DNA of 59,747 nt, from the NCBI GenBank assembly GCA_051294375.1, contig JBJCIZ010000044.1, positions 1 to 59,747 on the forward strand. The letters are read 5' to 3'. Below are positions 8,625 through 20,841 of this stretch, piece after piece. The position numbers were made by a program, and so were the translations under genes. A model generated the notes under the pieces. The model worked only from the letters and a program-made list of their open reading frames with translations. It ran no database searches and was not told the DNA's origin. The stretch comes from Paraspadella gotoi (taxonomy: Eukaryota > Animalia > Chaetognatha). The stretch's first letter is position 1, and every line of letters starts with the position of its first letter.

Positions 8625-11092
8625 ATGTCTGATTCTAAACTCCAATGCGTTTTGAACATTCGCGAGTGTGATACAACATATTTTAAAAAAGTCTATAAAA
8701 CCACTCTCGAATTAAAGGAAATCTATAAGGCACTCTGTACTAATAAATCGGCTTTGGTTGTTCTTCACACAAAAAAAGGCAGAGAAAGCGTTTGTAGTTG
8801 TGTTCACGTACTATTTAACTGCATTCAAATGAAAAAAAAATGCACTGTGTTAGCTGAACTGTTCGCGAAAGCTTGTTTAGTTTTTCCAAAATTTGGCGAA
8901 AATTCTGAGTTTGAAAACTACTTTAAAGAGAACTGTATTGCCTTTCCAGTGGAAATTTTCCTCGTCATGGCTGATTCCTTCTTAAATTGTGAAAATCTCG
9001 ATTATAGGTGGAATAGAAGCTACATGCAACACGAAAAAGTCATCCCCATGTTGCCATCTTTAGATTTGATTCACGCTGGTCTGAGCTCTCAGCAATTCCA
9101 TCGGGTCAACTCTCCTTCAAGCTGGAGCTCGTGTCTCTCTCCCATGACCACCTTTAAAACGATAAATTTCAGAGGTCTTAAGCGTTTAACGACCGATCTC
9201 GATGGTCCCAGCGACTCTTCGGAGCCAGAGAGCAAAAAGGCAAAACCTTCTGATTCTAGCTTGGCGAAGCTGGAAGAAATCGCTAATGGCGACAAATCGG
9301 CGTCCAAAAAAATGAGATCATATAGTGCCCTGAAAAGTCTAATCGAACAAAAGGGAATCAAAGACTTTCAACAACTGAAATCTTCTCTGAGTGAACAAGA
9401 GCTGCAGCTCGTGATGTGCACTTGCGAAAATTTTCGATTTGTTGCAGATGAGATTATATATAATCAGAATTTAAAGTACTACGAAACAAGGTTTGAGCTC
9501 ACTTATTTTGAAAAACTCAGTCAAAAGTATGAAGTAGCCCTTCAAACCGCTCTAAGGACTCAGAGACAAAAAATAACCAAATCGTGTCTATTTTTAAGAA
9601 AGTTCCTACTGGCCCAGGGATTTTCAATAAAAAATCTCCTTCTTTTCCTTAATCGATTTTTTGTTAGTCGTCAACTTAATCGAATTGGAGAAGAAAAACC
9701 AGAGGAAAAATGGCTCTCTTCCAATTCATTCCCAGAAGGTTCCCCGAATGGAAAGCGTAACTGTTTATACATAACAGGTTAGTTAACTTTTTTAGTAAGT
9801 TCCATAAGTTTTGCTAATTTTTTAAAAATTATATTAGCTATTCTTTTGTTTATTGATGAATTCGACTCTTCCCGCTTAGACTCTTCCTCTTCCTCTTCAG
9901 ATACACTCTCACTTTCTTCGTCCCTCTGCTCTTCTCACATTTTTCAAAGAAAAAAAAAATTTGATTTTGTAATAGCCAAAGCCGATGAAATTTAAATGCT
10001 AATGTATACAGCGTTAGAATAATCTATCATGACCATATATTATGGTATTAAAATATTTTTTTTGTCAAAAATGCTTTCTTCTGAGGGAACTCGCGCCTAA
10101 TTAAAAATATTATATTACTATATATAGAGCAAACATTTTTTTTTAAATCTTAAAATTTTTTGATGGATTCTGATAGAGCATAAAAAGTTAAACGAGAAAC
10201 ATAATTACTGCTTTTAAAAATTTTTACGTTTTCCAAGTGACAATATAAAAAAACTGATAAAATCATGGAAAGATGATGATGATGATGATTTTTTATGGTT
10301 TTTATTATTTTTGACACACTTATCATAAAAATATTTAAAAAAGAATTATACTTTGTGTAGACAACTTTTTATGAGCTATCTGAATCTGGTCTTAAAATTT
10401 AAAAATTTTTAAAAAAAATTTTTGGCCTTTCCTATTTATAAGTAAATATTAAAAAATTAATTACTAGGGTATAGAGCCATATTAGAAATTTTTTGTCCAT
10501 TGAAAGTATTCTTAAAAATGTCTAAATATTCGTTTGAGCATGTACTCGCTCTAAATTTTTGACTCACCCCATTGAGTGCGGCTACCCCTATTTGTAAAAA
10601 TCAAATTACTTAAAATTGCAGGAAAAAGTTCTACCGGCAAAAGTTTTTTTCTGGATATCATCTGTTCTCCGCTTAAGACTGCCAGCTTAGCGATGACATC
10701 ATCGTTTGCGTACTCACAACTGGCGGCTCAAGGGTGAGGAACCATTTTATATTTGATTGTCAAGGCTAGCAGAATTTTGTGAAAGTAGTGGTATTATCCT
10801 TTGTATCTACAGAGTGGAGGCGATCCGTCAGGACGAGCTGGCACTCAAAAAGACGCGTCTGGACGTAAGCAGTTTAAAACAACTGTTCGGAGGAGAGGCT
10901 CTTTTGGTTGACAAAAAACACTCCTCTTGTACCGAGGTCAAGCGTCTTCCTTTTGTTGCATCTTCTAACCAAACAGTCGCCGAACTCTGCCCCGACAACG
11001 AAATTGACAGAATCGCTTTGGAGTCGAGAACTTATCAGCTGTCCTTTAAAATTCCCTTAATAAATGAAAAACTTGTACACGACGTTGTCTGA
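8625..11092 (+). CDS. Parvovirus NS1/Rep-like protein with SF3 helicase, ~514 aa, three exons (8625-9777, 10622-10733, 10813-11092)
   Basis: Splicing G|GTTAGT...ttgcag|GA creates KRNCLYITGKSSTGKS (Walker A); GG|GTGAGG...ctacag|A leads into AIRQDE (Walker B), KQLFGGEALLVDKKH (B'), PFVASSN (motif C), ALESR (Arg finger); exon sum 1545 nt = 515 codons. Confidence 0.88.
10096..10469. mobile_element. MITE-like foldback insertion in NS1-like intron 1
   Basis: Imperfect ~100-bp inverted arms, e.g. gattctgatagagcataaaaagtt (~10166-10189) versus reverse complement of aactttttatgagctatctgaatc (~10363-10386). Confidence 0.55.
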
Positions 11093-11256
11093 AGGGCTCT
11101 CAAAATTTTCCTTTACATTTCATTTGGTTATTTTAATATGATACGATCATGGTAAAGTGAATTAGTCCATTTTGGTGAAGTTGTTATTTAAAGTAAAAGT
11201 AAAAGAGGAGCTAACGATCAAAATTCTAAGAGTTTTCAACCGGGAGTCAGATTCGG

Positions 11257-11400
11257 AAGAGAGAGAGAGGGAGAGCGACGGAGATATCGAGAGAGAGAGC
11301 GAGAGCAACGGATATCGAGAGAGAGAGGGAGAGCGACGGATATAGAGAGAGAGAGAGAGAGCGACGGAGATAGAACGGAGAAAAAGGAAGAAAGACGGAA
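11257..11400. repeat. GA-rich compound tandem repeat with gagagcgacggagatatc-like units
   Basis: Four imperfect (GA)n-GCGACGGA(GA)TAT units directly downstream of the NS1-like gene. Confidence 0.8.
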
Positions 11401-11419
11401 ATATCCGATGGAACTAAAT

Positions 11420-11821
11420 CACGTGACTCGGAAGCCAGGGACGCGGCGCGGCGGGCGCTGCGGGCACGGCGCTGGATGGTGGAACCAAAGACAGCTGTTG
11501 GGCGCTCGTCAGGTGCGTCGCCAGGCGCGTCAGGCGCGTCGTTGGGCGCGTCAGCTGCCTGGAAACCGAGGTCGCTTGATCAGGGAGGAACCAAGTAAGC
11601 TATAAAAGGAAAGGAGGAAAGGAAAGAGGGTCTTCCCAACTTTTCAATCCACGGAGACAAGCTGCGCTCTGTGGTGCATTTAATGGAATATTGTTGTAAC
11701 TCTGTACTATTTATCTTCAAATAAATATACACTATCTGACTCATTTACTTCAATTTTTCTGACGCTAAGTTATAGCTCAAGCTGTAAGGTGCTTGTAGCA
11801 GCCAAGGCCTAGCACGCTACA
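11420..11821 (+). repeat. LTR-like or promoter-like segment (probably a 5'-truncated solo LTR)
   Basis: GC-rich GGCGCGTC direct repeats, TATAAAA at 11601, AATAAA ~11720, ends ...gctaCA at 11821; no partner LTR or TSD found. Confidence 0.3.
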
Positions 11822-13156
11822 TCAACGTCTTCTCCAAGATCATTTTTGCTTCCGGGTGCAGCACTAAAAACCACCTCCTAAGCACTCCTCATGCAAATCT
11901 TGCCCCACCAGCGCAAGATCCGGACTTAAGGTGACGTAAAAGTTGTCAGAGACTCCCGGAAAAGACCAGACGCTAGCCAAAAGCAGAAGCCGAAGCTTCA
12001 TCGCTCTGGCGCCGCCGACGCCTCAACACAAGAAGCCCATCCTTCTTTTTCTGTCCCCTTCGATAGGCCGCCGCCGGTGAAACCGGACTGGAGTTCTGCC
12101 GAACAGGAGCAGAGTTTGTCTGCTGACCACGATGCGGAGCGCAACTATATTTACAGATGCCGGAACAACGTTCGGACCACCACTCGCAATCGCAAACTCG
12201 CAGGACGCCAGCGGCCAATATTGGGCGCCAGAATACCCGCGGCGACGACGCAAGCGCAGCAGAGAAAAGCCGGGGCTGAACGCCTCGCCGACCTCGGCAC
12301 CGGAACTTGCACCAAAAGACACCTGTTCACTGGTGGAGGCTTGTATCTTGAAGCTTTGAAAAATTTAAAAGTTTGTGCCGTTTTAAACCTTGGAGAAAAC
12401 TCGACAAGGACGGCCTCCCAAACCTGGAAAAAAGGAGGAAAACAAAGAACGAAGCGACAATACCGCGACGTCCGTATTGAAAACCCGTTATGCAAATGAG
12501 GCAAAAAATAATAAAAAAATATTTTTTCTTTTTTCCAACTTAAAAAATTTCCAAAAATCGCGGAATTTTCGAAAATAACAGCCCGAGATGACGTACGATA
12601 AAAACCGAAAACGCGAATAAAATCGCATAAACGATTACGACTGTACGCCAAAATCCCATTTTGACTTACTATAAAATTTGAAATCCGTACATAAAAAATT
12701 AGACAAATGAGAATAATTCGAAAATTTCATTTTTACCGTCAAAATCTGAACAAAAAATTTTGAGTAGGGGTTGCACTTACAAAAATCAATAATAAATAAA
12801 TAAATTAACCATTTTTAAAAACCCTACTTCCAACCACTTAAAATAATAAAATAAATTCTTAAAATAACACACTAACCAAAACAAAACATTTTCTGAAGAA
12901 ATCATTGTCTTAAACAATAAAAATAAATAATCAAAAAATTCAAATCTGAAAAATAATTTAATCAGAATTTCTGGTTTGGTGCAGTCCCTATAGGGGAAAA
13001 TCTTGGCCGAACGAAATCAAGCAAATCTGGGAAAACGAATTTTCGTTTTTCAGCCGAGGCCTCTGTAAAAGAATTCCGGTTATGCATAGCAATAAAATGA
13101 AAAATATAACACAAAGAGTAAGTTCTTTGAGGTGAGGTATTCGTATTTATTTTAAC

Positions 13157-16100
13157 TTTCCCCCATCTAAAGTCAAACGGATGATTTTAAAAATCTATCG
13201 CGCTGCTCGTACGAGTCGTTGCTAGGCACCCTTTTAATTAACGCCAGGCCTCCACATGCTTGTCAACTTGGTTTCGTCAACAAGAAGGACGAGTAGGCCG
13301 ACCTCTGGATCCGAAGTGGATAAGACGTCATCTGATGTTAAAGGATGATAATTCTCGGTGTCAAGGCCGAGACGATGGAATCGCTCATGATGCTTCGCCT
13401 CGGAGGACAGCATTGTAGCATTTTTCCCCCCGCAGTCGACGAAGGAGACAACTAACAAAGAGGCGAGATAGATTCTCTGGTACATCTCCGTCGATGTCGA
13501 CGACCGAATAAACATGAGAAAAAATTTCCATTTTGAAACCAAAATATTTTTTTACAATTAGCGAAAGAGACATTTCGCTGTCGATTGAGTATCGACGAGA
13601 GACTCGAGGGATGCTTCTTGCCGCAGATCACGCTGAAGGATAAAAAATCTCTAATTTGCGCTAACGAAATCAGCAATGACGATCCAGCATCCACGAGGCA
13701 ACGGAAAAGATGGGCGGAGAAAACGGGAGAGCATCGACGAGGACGGAGCCACCCGCAACAACTCGGCGATGAAACCCGGATGATCTCTGGTTACCATGGA
13801 GACCAGACGCTCGTTATTGGCCACGTCGACCCCGGCATCCAAAGAAAAATTCAGCCCGCATCATGGAACCAATTCCATATCACCATTTTCCCGTGAAAAA
13901 GAGAGAGAGGCCCAGATTCGCAACATCAGGACGTTTCTCTATTCGTCCACCAAGGATGATCCATGAATTTAGACAATTCGATATTTGAAAAACGAGAAAA
14001 ACGCGATTTTTTTTAACTCGAAATTACTTATTTTTGACGATGAGCGAAAATCGCCATGAAAAAATAACGAATTTAAAACATGAACTTATCTCAAAGGTGA
14101 GACAAATTAGGCGACAACGTGGATAAAAAATTTACTCAAAGACTAAACTTTGACGCGACGTAACATAACGACGCCACAGGCATCTCGGAGGCATCTCAGA
14201 AGAAGAACTGCTCCGGCGTCGTCTCTGTAGGCTCGGTCGCGATCCAAAGAAAACATCTCGATGGAAGTAAATCACATTGATCCAGTCACCTCGGCCCGTT
14301 TAAACGTATCGTCGACCAAATTCGCTTCACAGCGAAGCCACCCTGCATGTTGAAGACATGCTTCGCTGATGGCGCCGGAAAAAATCGGCGTCGAAAAGCT
14401 GCATCGATACGAAGTCAGGTTGACAGATGAATTTCCGCGGCGCTCGACGACCACTTGGCCGATTGGATCGTCGACGGTCCCGTCATCTTTGTAGAAAGGG
14501 AATCTTACTACCGCGGCCAAATTCGATTCTCGGCATCCACGAGATGAAATAAAAGAGAGAAATCTTTTCTTGCGCCGGTGATGCCTCTTCACCAAACGAG
14601 AGAACGTCAACGGCGAAGGACATCCTCCATATCCAGATGGAACGCATCGTCAACCGAAGAAATCTTCAATTTTTCACCTTTGGCCTAGGAAGTGTAGACT
14701 CAGAGCCGAGAATAAAAATATTTAACGAGACTAAGCTGCATTTTCAATCACTTTGTAAAACAGATATTTTAAAAACGCAATATCTCCCATAACCCAAATA
14801 ATACAAAGCTGAACACTGTCGTAGCTCAGACGACGATCGCGATTGGCGCCGCAGGGTAGAAACGCGCCTCTGCTCGACGGCTAAACAGCAAAGTCACGTA
14901 GCCTTTCACACGGCGCCGGTCCTGACTTGTCCGGCGCGGCGTCAGACTAGATTTTCCTGCTGCTCTTCGATGTCGAATTGCGTGAAGATACTTTTGAAAA
15001 TCCCGCGACCTCAACGGGGCTCAATCCGTCTAATGGAGAAGCGGATGATGATTTTTTCCACAAAAGCAGCGCTCCTTTATCGGGCAGATATCGACACAAT
15101 GACCGCTTCCCAAGCAGTTGAAGCAGCGGGCTTGAGAGATGCAAAGTTTTCGACGATCTGCGGGCCACAGTCGTTGAAACTTTTCGCAGCTATGCAAATA
15201 GTGGCGTCCCTTGCAAAGTGCGTGGACGCCGACTCTGAAGACGGCGTTCCCGTTGATGCAGGAACGGCTGCGGCGGCCACCGAAGCCTTCTTTTTCTTCG
15301 ATGATTTGTCCACCGTCGCGGCGTTGACCCTCGCCGCCATCTTTGCTTTGCTCGTCGCCGCTGGATCTTTCCCATTTTTCGCCGGCGGTCTGAAATCGAG
15401 AACTTCTTGGTTTATGGCTAGAAAAGACAAGAAATCAACAAAGGAGAGATCGTCGTTCCAATCATGATTCTGTCTAAAAATAACCACTTTTTTCGCCCAC
15501 TTATCTGAAAGGTGTGGCATCCGTTTGGAGAGCAGATCCGCCATGACGGCCGCACAGTCGAGGTCTGCAAGTCGGTCCGACTCCTTCGCGAGGTCGTACA
15601 CCTGCTGCAAAGTGATCAGAAGACCATGATGACCTGCTGAGTCCTTTCAATCGAGCTTCAGACCGCCGAGGATCTGTTCAATCATCTCGTCGGCCGTCGT
15701 CCGCTTCATTCCCCACTTTCTCTTGAGAACGCCGAGGGCGTCGCTAAGAGCCGCGGTAGCGTCGTATCGAGATAGAAATTGATCGATGGAACGCTTGGGA
15801 AGACCGTCGAACCAGTGAGGAAGCTCCTTCAACTTCATTGGATCCGTAGCGCCCTCCAACGCGCAGACGCTGACATTGAAATCGCGAAGTTGACGCTCAA
15901 AGTCTAGACGTGACGAAGTCTTGTCGACCTTGATCTTTGGGCGTTGCTGCTGAAGCATTTGGTAGGCAAGCGTTTGAGCTTGAATTTCCAAGAAGCCCAT
16001 AGCCATCGCAGCGGAGCGGACGAAGGCTGCCTCGAACGGCGCCACATCAGAGGATGACGCCGTTTGATGCCTTGAGGGGACAGAGACATCTCTTTCAATA

Positions 16101-18700
16101 GAAGCCGGCGTTTCGGCGATCATCACTGCAGCGGCAGGAACGCCGGCAGGCGGGGTAGGCGTGGAACCGGGGGGAGGATTCACTCCCCTCATTCTCGACA
16201 CCTCACGATGCAATCCTTCATTGAAGAGTTCCCTTATTGCGTCGCGCAAAAACTCCATTGAAACGAACTGCGGATTTGGCGAATCAGCGGCAGGTGGAAC
16301 GACATCGGCTTCCGTTCCAACGCCCGCTGCCCGCCGCCTCCTCGCATCCATGTTCCGGTTCCGGCGGATAACGCTCACGAATCATCGACGAATTGACGCC
16401 GACTTTGTTGAGACGTGATGGCTATTCATGGCAGTGAATCGTCAAATCATTCGACGGAGGTGGAGTGTGAAGACGGTTGACGAACTGTTGGAGAGAGGGC
16501 TCATGACGGGGGGAGGATGACTGAGCCACGACCCACTCGGCCGTATGTGATGTCGTTGAAGGCGTAAGACGTTGAAACAGGTCTCTCTCGACTTTGCCAA
16601 GAACTCGTATTACCGGCCTCTGCAAATCTTCACCTCTTCTCTCAATTCTTTCCATTCTCGTCCTACTTGCGCTTTTGGCGGTAGCGGCGGTACACACGTC
16701 GTACTCCGCCGATTCACGCAACTCTCTCAATCTATCCGGTGCTCCATGAAGAGTGGAAACTGAACAAATATCCAGCGCACTTCCATCGACACCGACGCGA
16801 GACGCTTCATCAATAATCGAGCTACCATTTGATTCTATCTGGTTGGGGACAAGATTAGATTTGATTGAAGACTCTGTCTCTCGTCGATCCAGATATAATG
16901 GCGACGTCGTCCCTGGAGATGCCGCGCGGCCTGCTGCGATGCTGAGCACCGCATCAGGCCCGGCTGACATCTCCTGGGCTAACGCTTCCACATCTTCGTC
17001 GTCAATAGTTGGATGAGTGAAGTTGGTATTTCTCTCTGTGCGCTGATCATCCGTCAACGCCGAAATGGCGTCAAACGGAAAAATGATGGACGTTGCTGAT
17101 TCGACGTCATCTTCTAGAGTCGGTGGAGGGGACGGTAAAGGTCGGGATGGACGCAGCGTAGTCGTCGTCGGGATGGTTTGCAGCTGAAGGGACGGTTGGG
17201 CGTCAAGTCCCGATTCCTTCTGCGTCGTCGTCATCCGTGCTGCAGCAGATACGGAGCGTCCTGTGGATGCTGTGCTTTCAACCAATGAAACACGTGTCGA
17301 CATTGAATTGGCCCACAAATCGAGCTGACGGCAATGCCCAAGGATGTTGCTGAGGCGATTGAGGAACTCCGACAAAGTTCCAACGCCTCGTCATTCCATC
17401 TACCTTTTGTAATCATGGAACGGATAATTTCACAAGTTGCCTTAAGAGTGAATCTATCCGCGTTGGCTTCCGGAATGTTTTCCTCCGTCGGGGCGGTTTT
17501 GGCGCGATCGTATGAAATTGCTTGAGCCTCGATCACCTGGTCGACGGTGAGGTTCCGTAGGAAGACGTCGCATTCCTGAAGGGTCTGACTCGTTGGGAAT
17601 AGAGTCATTTCCGCCGTGAAGAAGAGTTGTTGATATCTCGGATGGCTAAGTTTGGGAGAGGGTATCAGCCGGTCATCTTGAAGTTGTCGATGTCTCTCTC
17701 TTTCGCCGCACTAGTGCGAGCTTAATCTCGTCTTACAAACGAACGGCGAGGTCCACAAAAGACGCCGAAAGGGGAGTTCCTTGAAGGCTTTCGGCACTCG
17801 AGCTTCTCGACGTATTTTGATTGCTGGCGCGCTTATTCTTCCCGTTCCTATTCGTCGCGCGCGATGGCATAAAAAACGGCGTTGAAGTCGAAGGAAGGCT
17901 TCCGAAGTCGGTGGCAGCCAAACGCAAAGACGAAGAAATAAAACAAGTCGAAACCGGACTTCAATCTCACTGCCAGTTTCGAGAAGGAGCGGCGATGCAC
18001 AATCCGTCGACGTGTCCAAAATTACGCGGACGGCGTCGTCGCTAGTCGAGGATCCCTAATCGCAATGAAAGCAGTCCCGAAGGCGCCCGGATCCTTACGT
18101 CCGTCGAAGGCGTTGCAAGGCCTTCGATTGATGGAAACGTCGACTTTTCGACACCTAGAGACGACGCAGGTGGATCTTCTTCCCAAATCCCGCAAATCCG
18201 GAGGATTAGAGAGCCTTCGACGAAGCACTTGAGCAGGTGTTCCGCAAACGAAGACTTCTAATGTTTTGAACTAAGTTCGGAGAAGTGGCGTCTTTGAATT
18301 CTAACTGACTGGACTAATTCTGCGCATTGAAGACCAGATGGAATTGGGTATAAAATGGCGCAGAAAGAGAGACGATGGCGCCGGTCCAGACGCCCTGGAG
18401 ATGCTGACGACAAAGTCTCATAGTACGACGTCGGCTAAGGCCGAAATGATGACTGTCCACTAAGCCCAGGACTTGACGAAATGTCTATGTAAGTCTGATG
18501 TGGAAGTTGTGTAGATGAGTCTTGTTGCGTTGAGCTGTGTTGTGCTTGTCGTGAGTCTTGTTGCGTGAAGTTAGAAGTCTGGGCAAGGAATAACAAAACA
18601 TTTAGTACAAACTCAGCAAATATATATAAGTTTAAAGTGTCTTTCTTACTTGTTTCTGAAGCCAATAATAAACAAAAATAGAGATGCTTCTCTCATAGAA
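13157..18700 (-). mobile_element. Decayed BEL/Pao LTR retrotransposon, pol largely deleted or eroded
   Basis: BEL-type Gag with triple Cys-His boxes, a C-terminal PEVGLLVLLVDETKLTSMWRPGV motif typical of the BEL post-integrase domain, PPT-like GGGGGAAAG near 13157-13165, PBS-like TGGTCTTC near 18336. Outer boundaries approximate. Confidence 0.7.
15030..16378 (-). pseudogene. gag: BEL/Pao gag (disrupted)
   Basis: DFERQLRDFNVSV...KLKELPHWFDG...ALGVLKRKWG; LLSKRMPHLSDKW...SFVDFLSFL; CKGRHYLHSC...RCFNCLGSGHCVDICPIKERCFCGKNHHPLLH at ~15030-15220; interrupted by stops/frameshifts. Confidence 0.8.
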
Positions 18701-20841
18701 AAGTCCACCAAACCAGCGATCACACAAAAAATAAGTTTCCAAGATATCTAAAAGAGAGTTTAAATGCTCTGAAAAGAACTAAAAAACCCAGTGACAACTT
18801 TAAGATCTGAAGATACCACGTGGCCAGAATTCGATTAAAATCAATCGAAATCTATCGAAATCACGGGCACCAATCAGCTGTACACTGCCTTCGGAAATCT
18901 GTACTTAAGTATAAACAAAAGAGAGAGCCTAAAGATGTCGTGGCGATCGCTAGAACGGAGGCATTTTCGATGTCAGTAATAAAGAACAAAAGAGCAACGG
19001 GGAAAAGGTAGAGAAGCTGGATTTCCTCGTAATATAAAAGATAGTTATTTCGTAACAGTGCTTATAATAAAACTTATAAACTCGTACTTGTTATTTTACT
19101 ATATCAAAGAATTTCAAAAAAATTAATATATCCTCTAATAGTTAGGAAAGAGTATTACAAATACAAAAATTTACACAGGAAGGTGATTGCATAAATCATA
19201 TAATTAATAATATCTTTATTAAAGCAGAAAAAGCATTGAAACATACATAAATGGTGTTATGTGATGTTTTATACAGCTGCTACTGCTGCTACTGCTGCTA
19301 CTGCTACCGTCGTTGCTACTGCTGCTGCCGCCTGCATTACTGTAATTTCCAGCACTTTGATTACTGCTTTTATTACTTCCACTAACTGTTTCTTCTTCTG
19401 ATTCTTCTGATTCACTTCCAAAAGGATTTGAAGGAAGGGACATTGGGCAGTCATGACATGAACATCTAGCTATTTGATTATCAAACGCTTTTTCTTTACA
19501 TGAGTCCATAGTAACCTCTATATATAGAGCAACACGTTTTATTTCCTAAAAATATTTATTAAATATTTTTAATAAGCATCTTACAGAAAAATAATTTTTA
19601 AAATAAAATACTTTCTAGATACCATGATAAATATTTTCCATAACAGAAAACCGTATATAAATTGGAAAAAAAATTTTAAAATCTAATGAAATCTGTACAT
19701 TTTTCTATCCATATGCAAAAAGAAACAAAAAAAAGTTTGAGCAAACAATGTCGGATTCTGCTAATGATAATTAAGCGCTATCAGCTAATCAGAAGATAAA
19801 TCACAATAATTTTTAAAATAATTTTTCAACCTCACATCATTTTTTAGATTTGCATCATTATTTTAACCTGCATAATTTTTTAAGAGCTGCCGGCGCTGCC
19901 TTTTCTAAATCGTTTAAAAACGAGTTCAGGCCTCTCTCTCTCTCTCTTTCCTCCCTCTCTCCGTCTCTCCCCGTCTCTTCCGTGTGTCTCTCTCTCCGTC
20001 TCTCTCTCTCTCTCTCTGTGTCTCTCTCTGTACGATCTCTTGCGTGATCGTTCGTTTTTTTGAAAAAATTAATTATTTTTTCTTGCTAAAACTTTTTTCT
20101 CAAATAGGTCTCTCTTTCTCTCTCTTTTCTCTCTCTCTCTAATTGACTCATAGCGTCAATGAATGACTAGTAGCGCAGAGTATAATACAAAGAAATGATA
20201 AAGGACATCTTGTGTCCTCCTAATTTTTTGAAACACATGTAAAGCTATTCTATAAGATCAAAAAATCAAAATTTCTGGGCAATTTTCCCGTTCTATCAAT
20301 TTTATCATGCAATAAGATGTAAAAAAATCGGAAAAAATAATTAATTTAAAAATAAAATAAAAGTGGTTAGTATTATTAATTTATTAATTATTGGTAAAAT
20401 ATAGCTAAATCCAAGTATTCAAAACTGTTTTCAACTATAAAAATAAATAAATATAAAACTTTTTTTTTAATGTTTAAATATTATTAAGAAATTGTATTTT
20501 TTTAGAAAAATACGAAAAAATTTGAAAAATAGGAAAGATGGTTATTCAGATAGGAGATATATAACTGTTTTTATTTAAAAAAAGTTATTTTATCTATTAA
20601 TTTTTAATTAATGTATAAAGTTTAGCATTTTTTTAAACTACAAAAAATAAAGCAAAATAATAAACTAAAGCAATCAGAAAACTAATGAATTTTTGGATTT
20701 AGTCAAATGGTGTTTAAAAATAAATTGTAAGACATTGTCTTATTAAAAAAATCTTCCAAGGCAAGAGAGGTATTGTTTATGATACAAAAGGCATCAGCCA
20801 TTTCACCATCGGTACCTATCTTACATTGTTGCCTTTTGATA

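Noticed and set aside
11440-11560. Possible parvoviral terminal hairpin
   Set aside because: The GC-rich units are direct repeats; no extended self-complementarity found by eye.
11973-12651. Cluster of overlapping GC-rich ORFs
   Set aside because: No recognisable motif or consistent exon structure; probably decayed TE sequence.
19219-19509. 96-aa Ser-rich ORF
   Set aside because: Largely a (GCA/GTA)n microsatellite; no domain or convincing partner exons.
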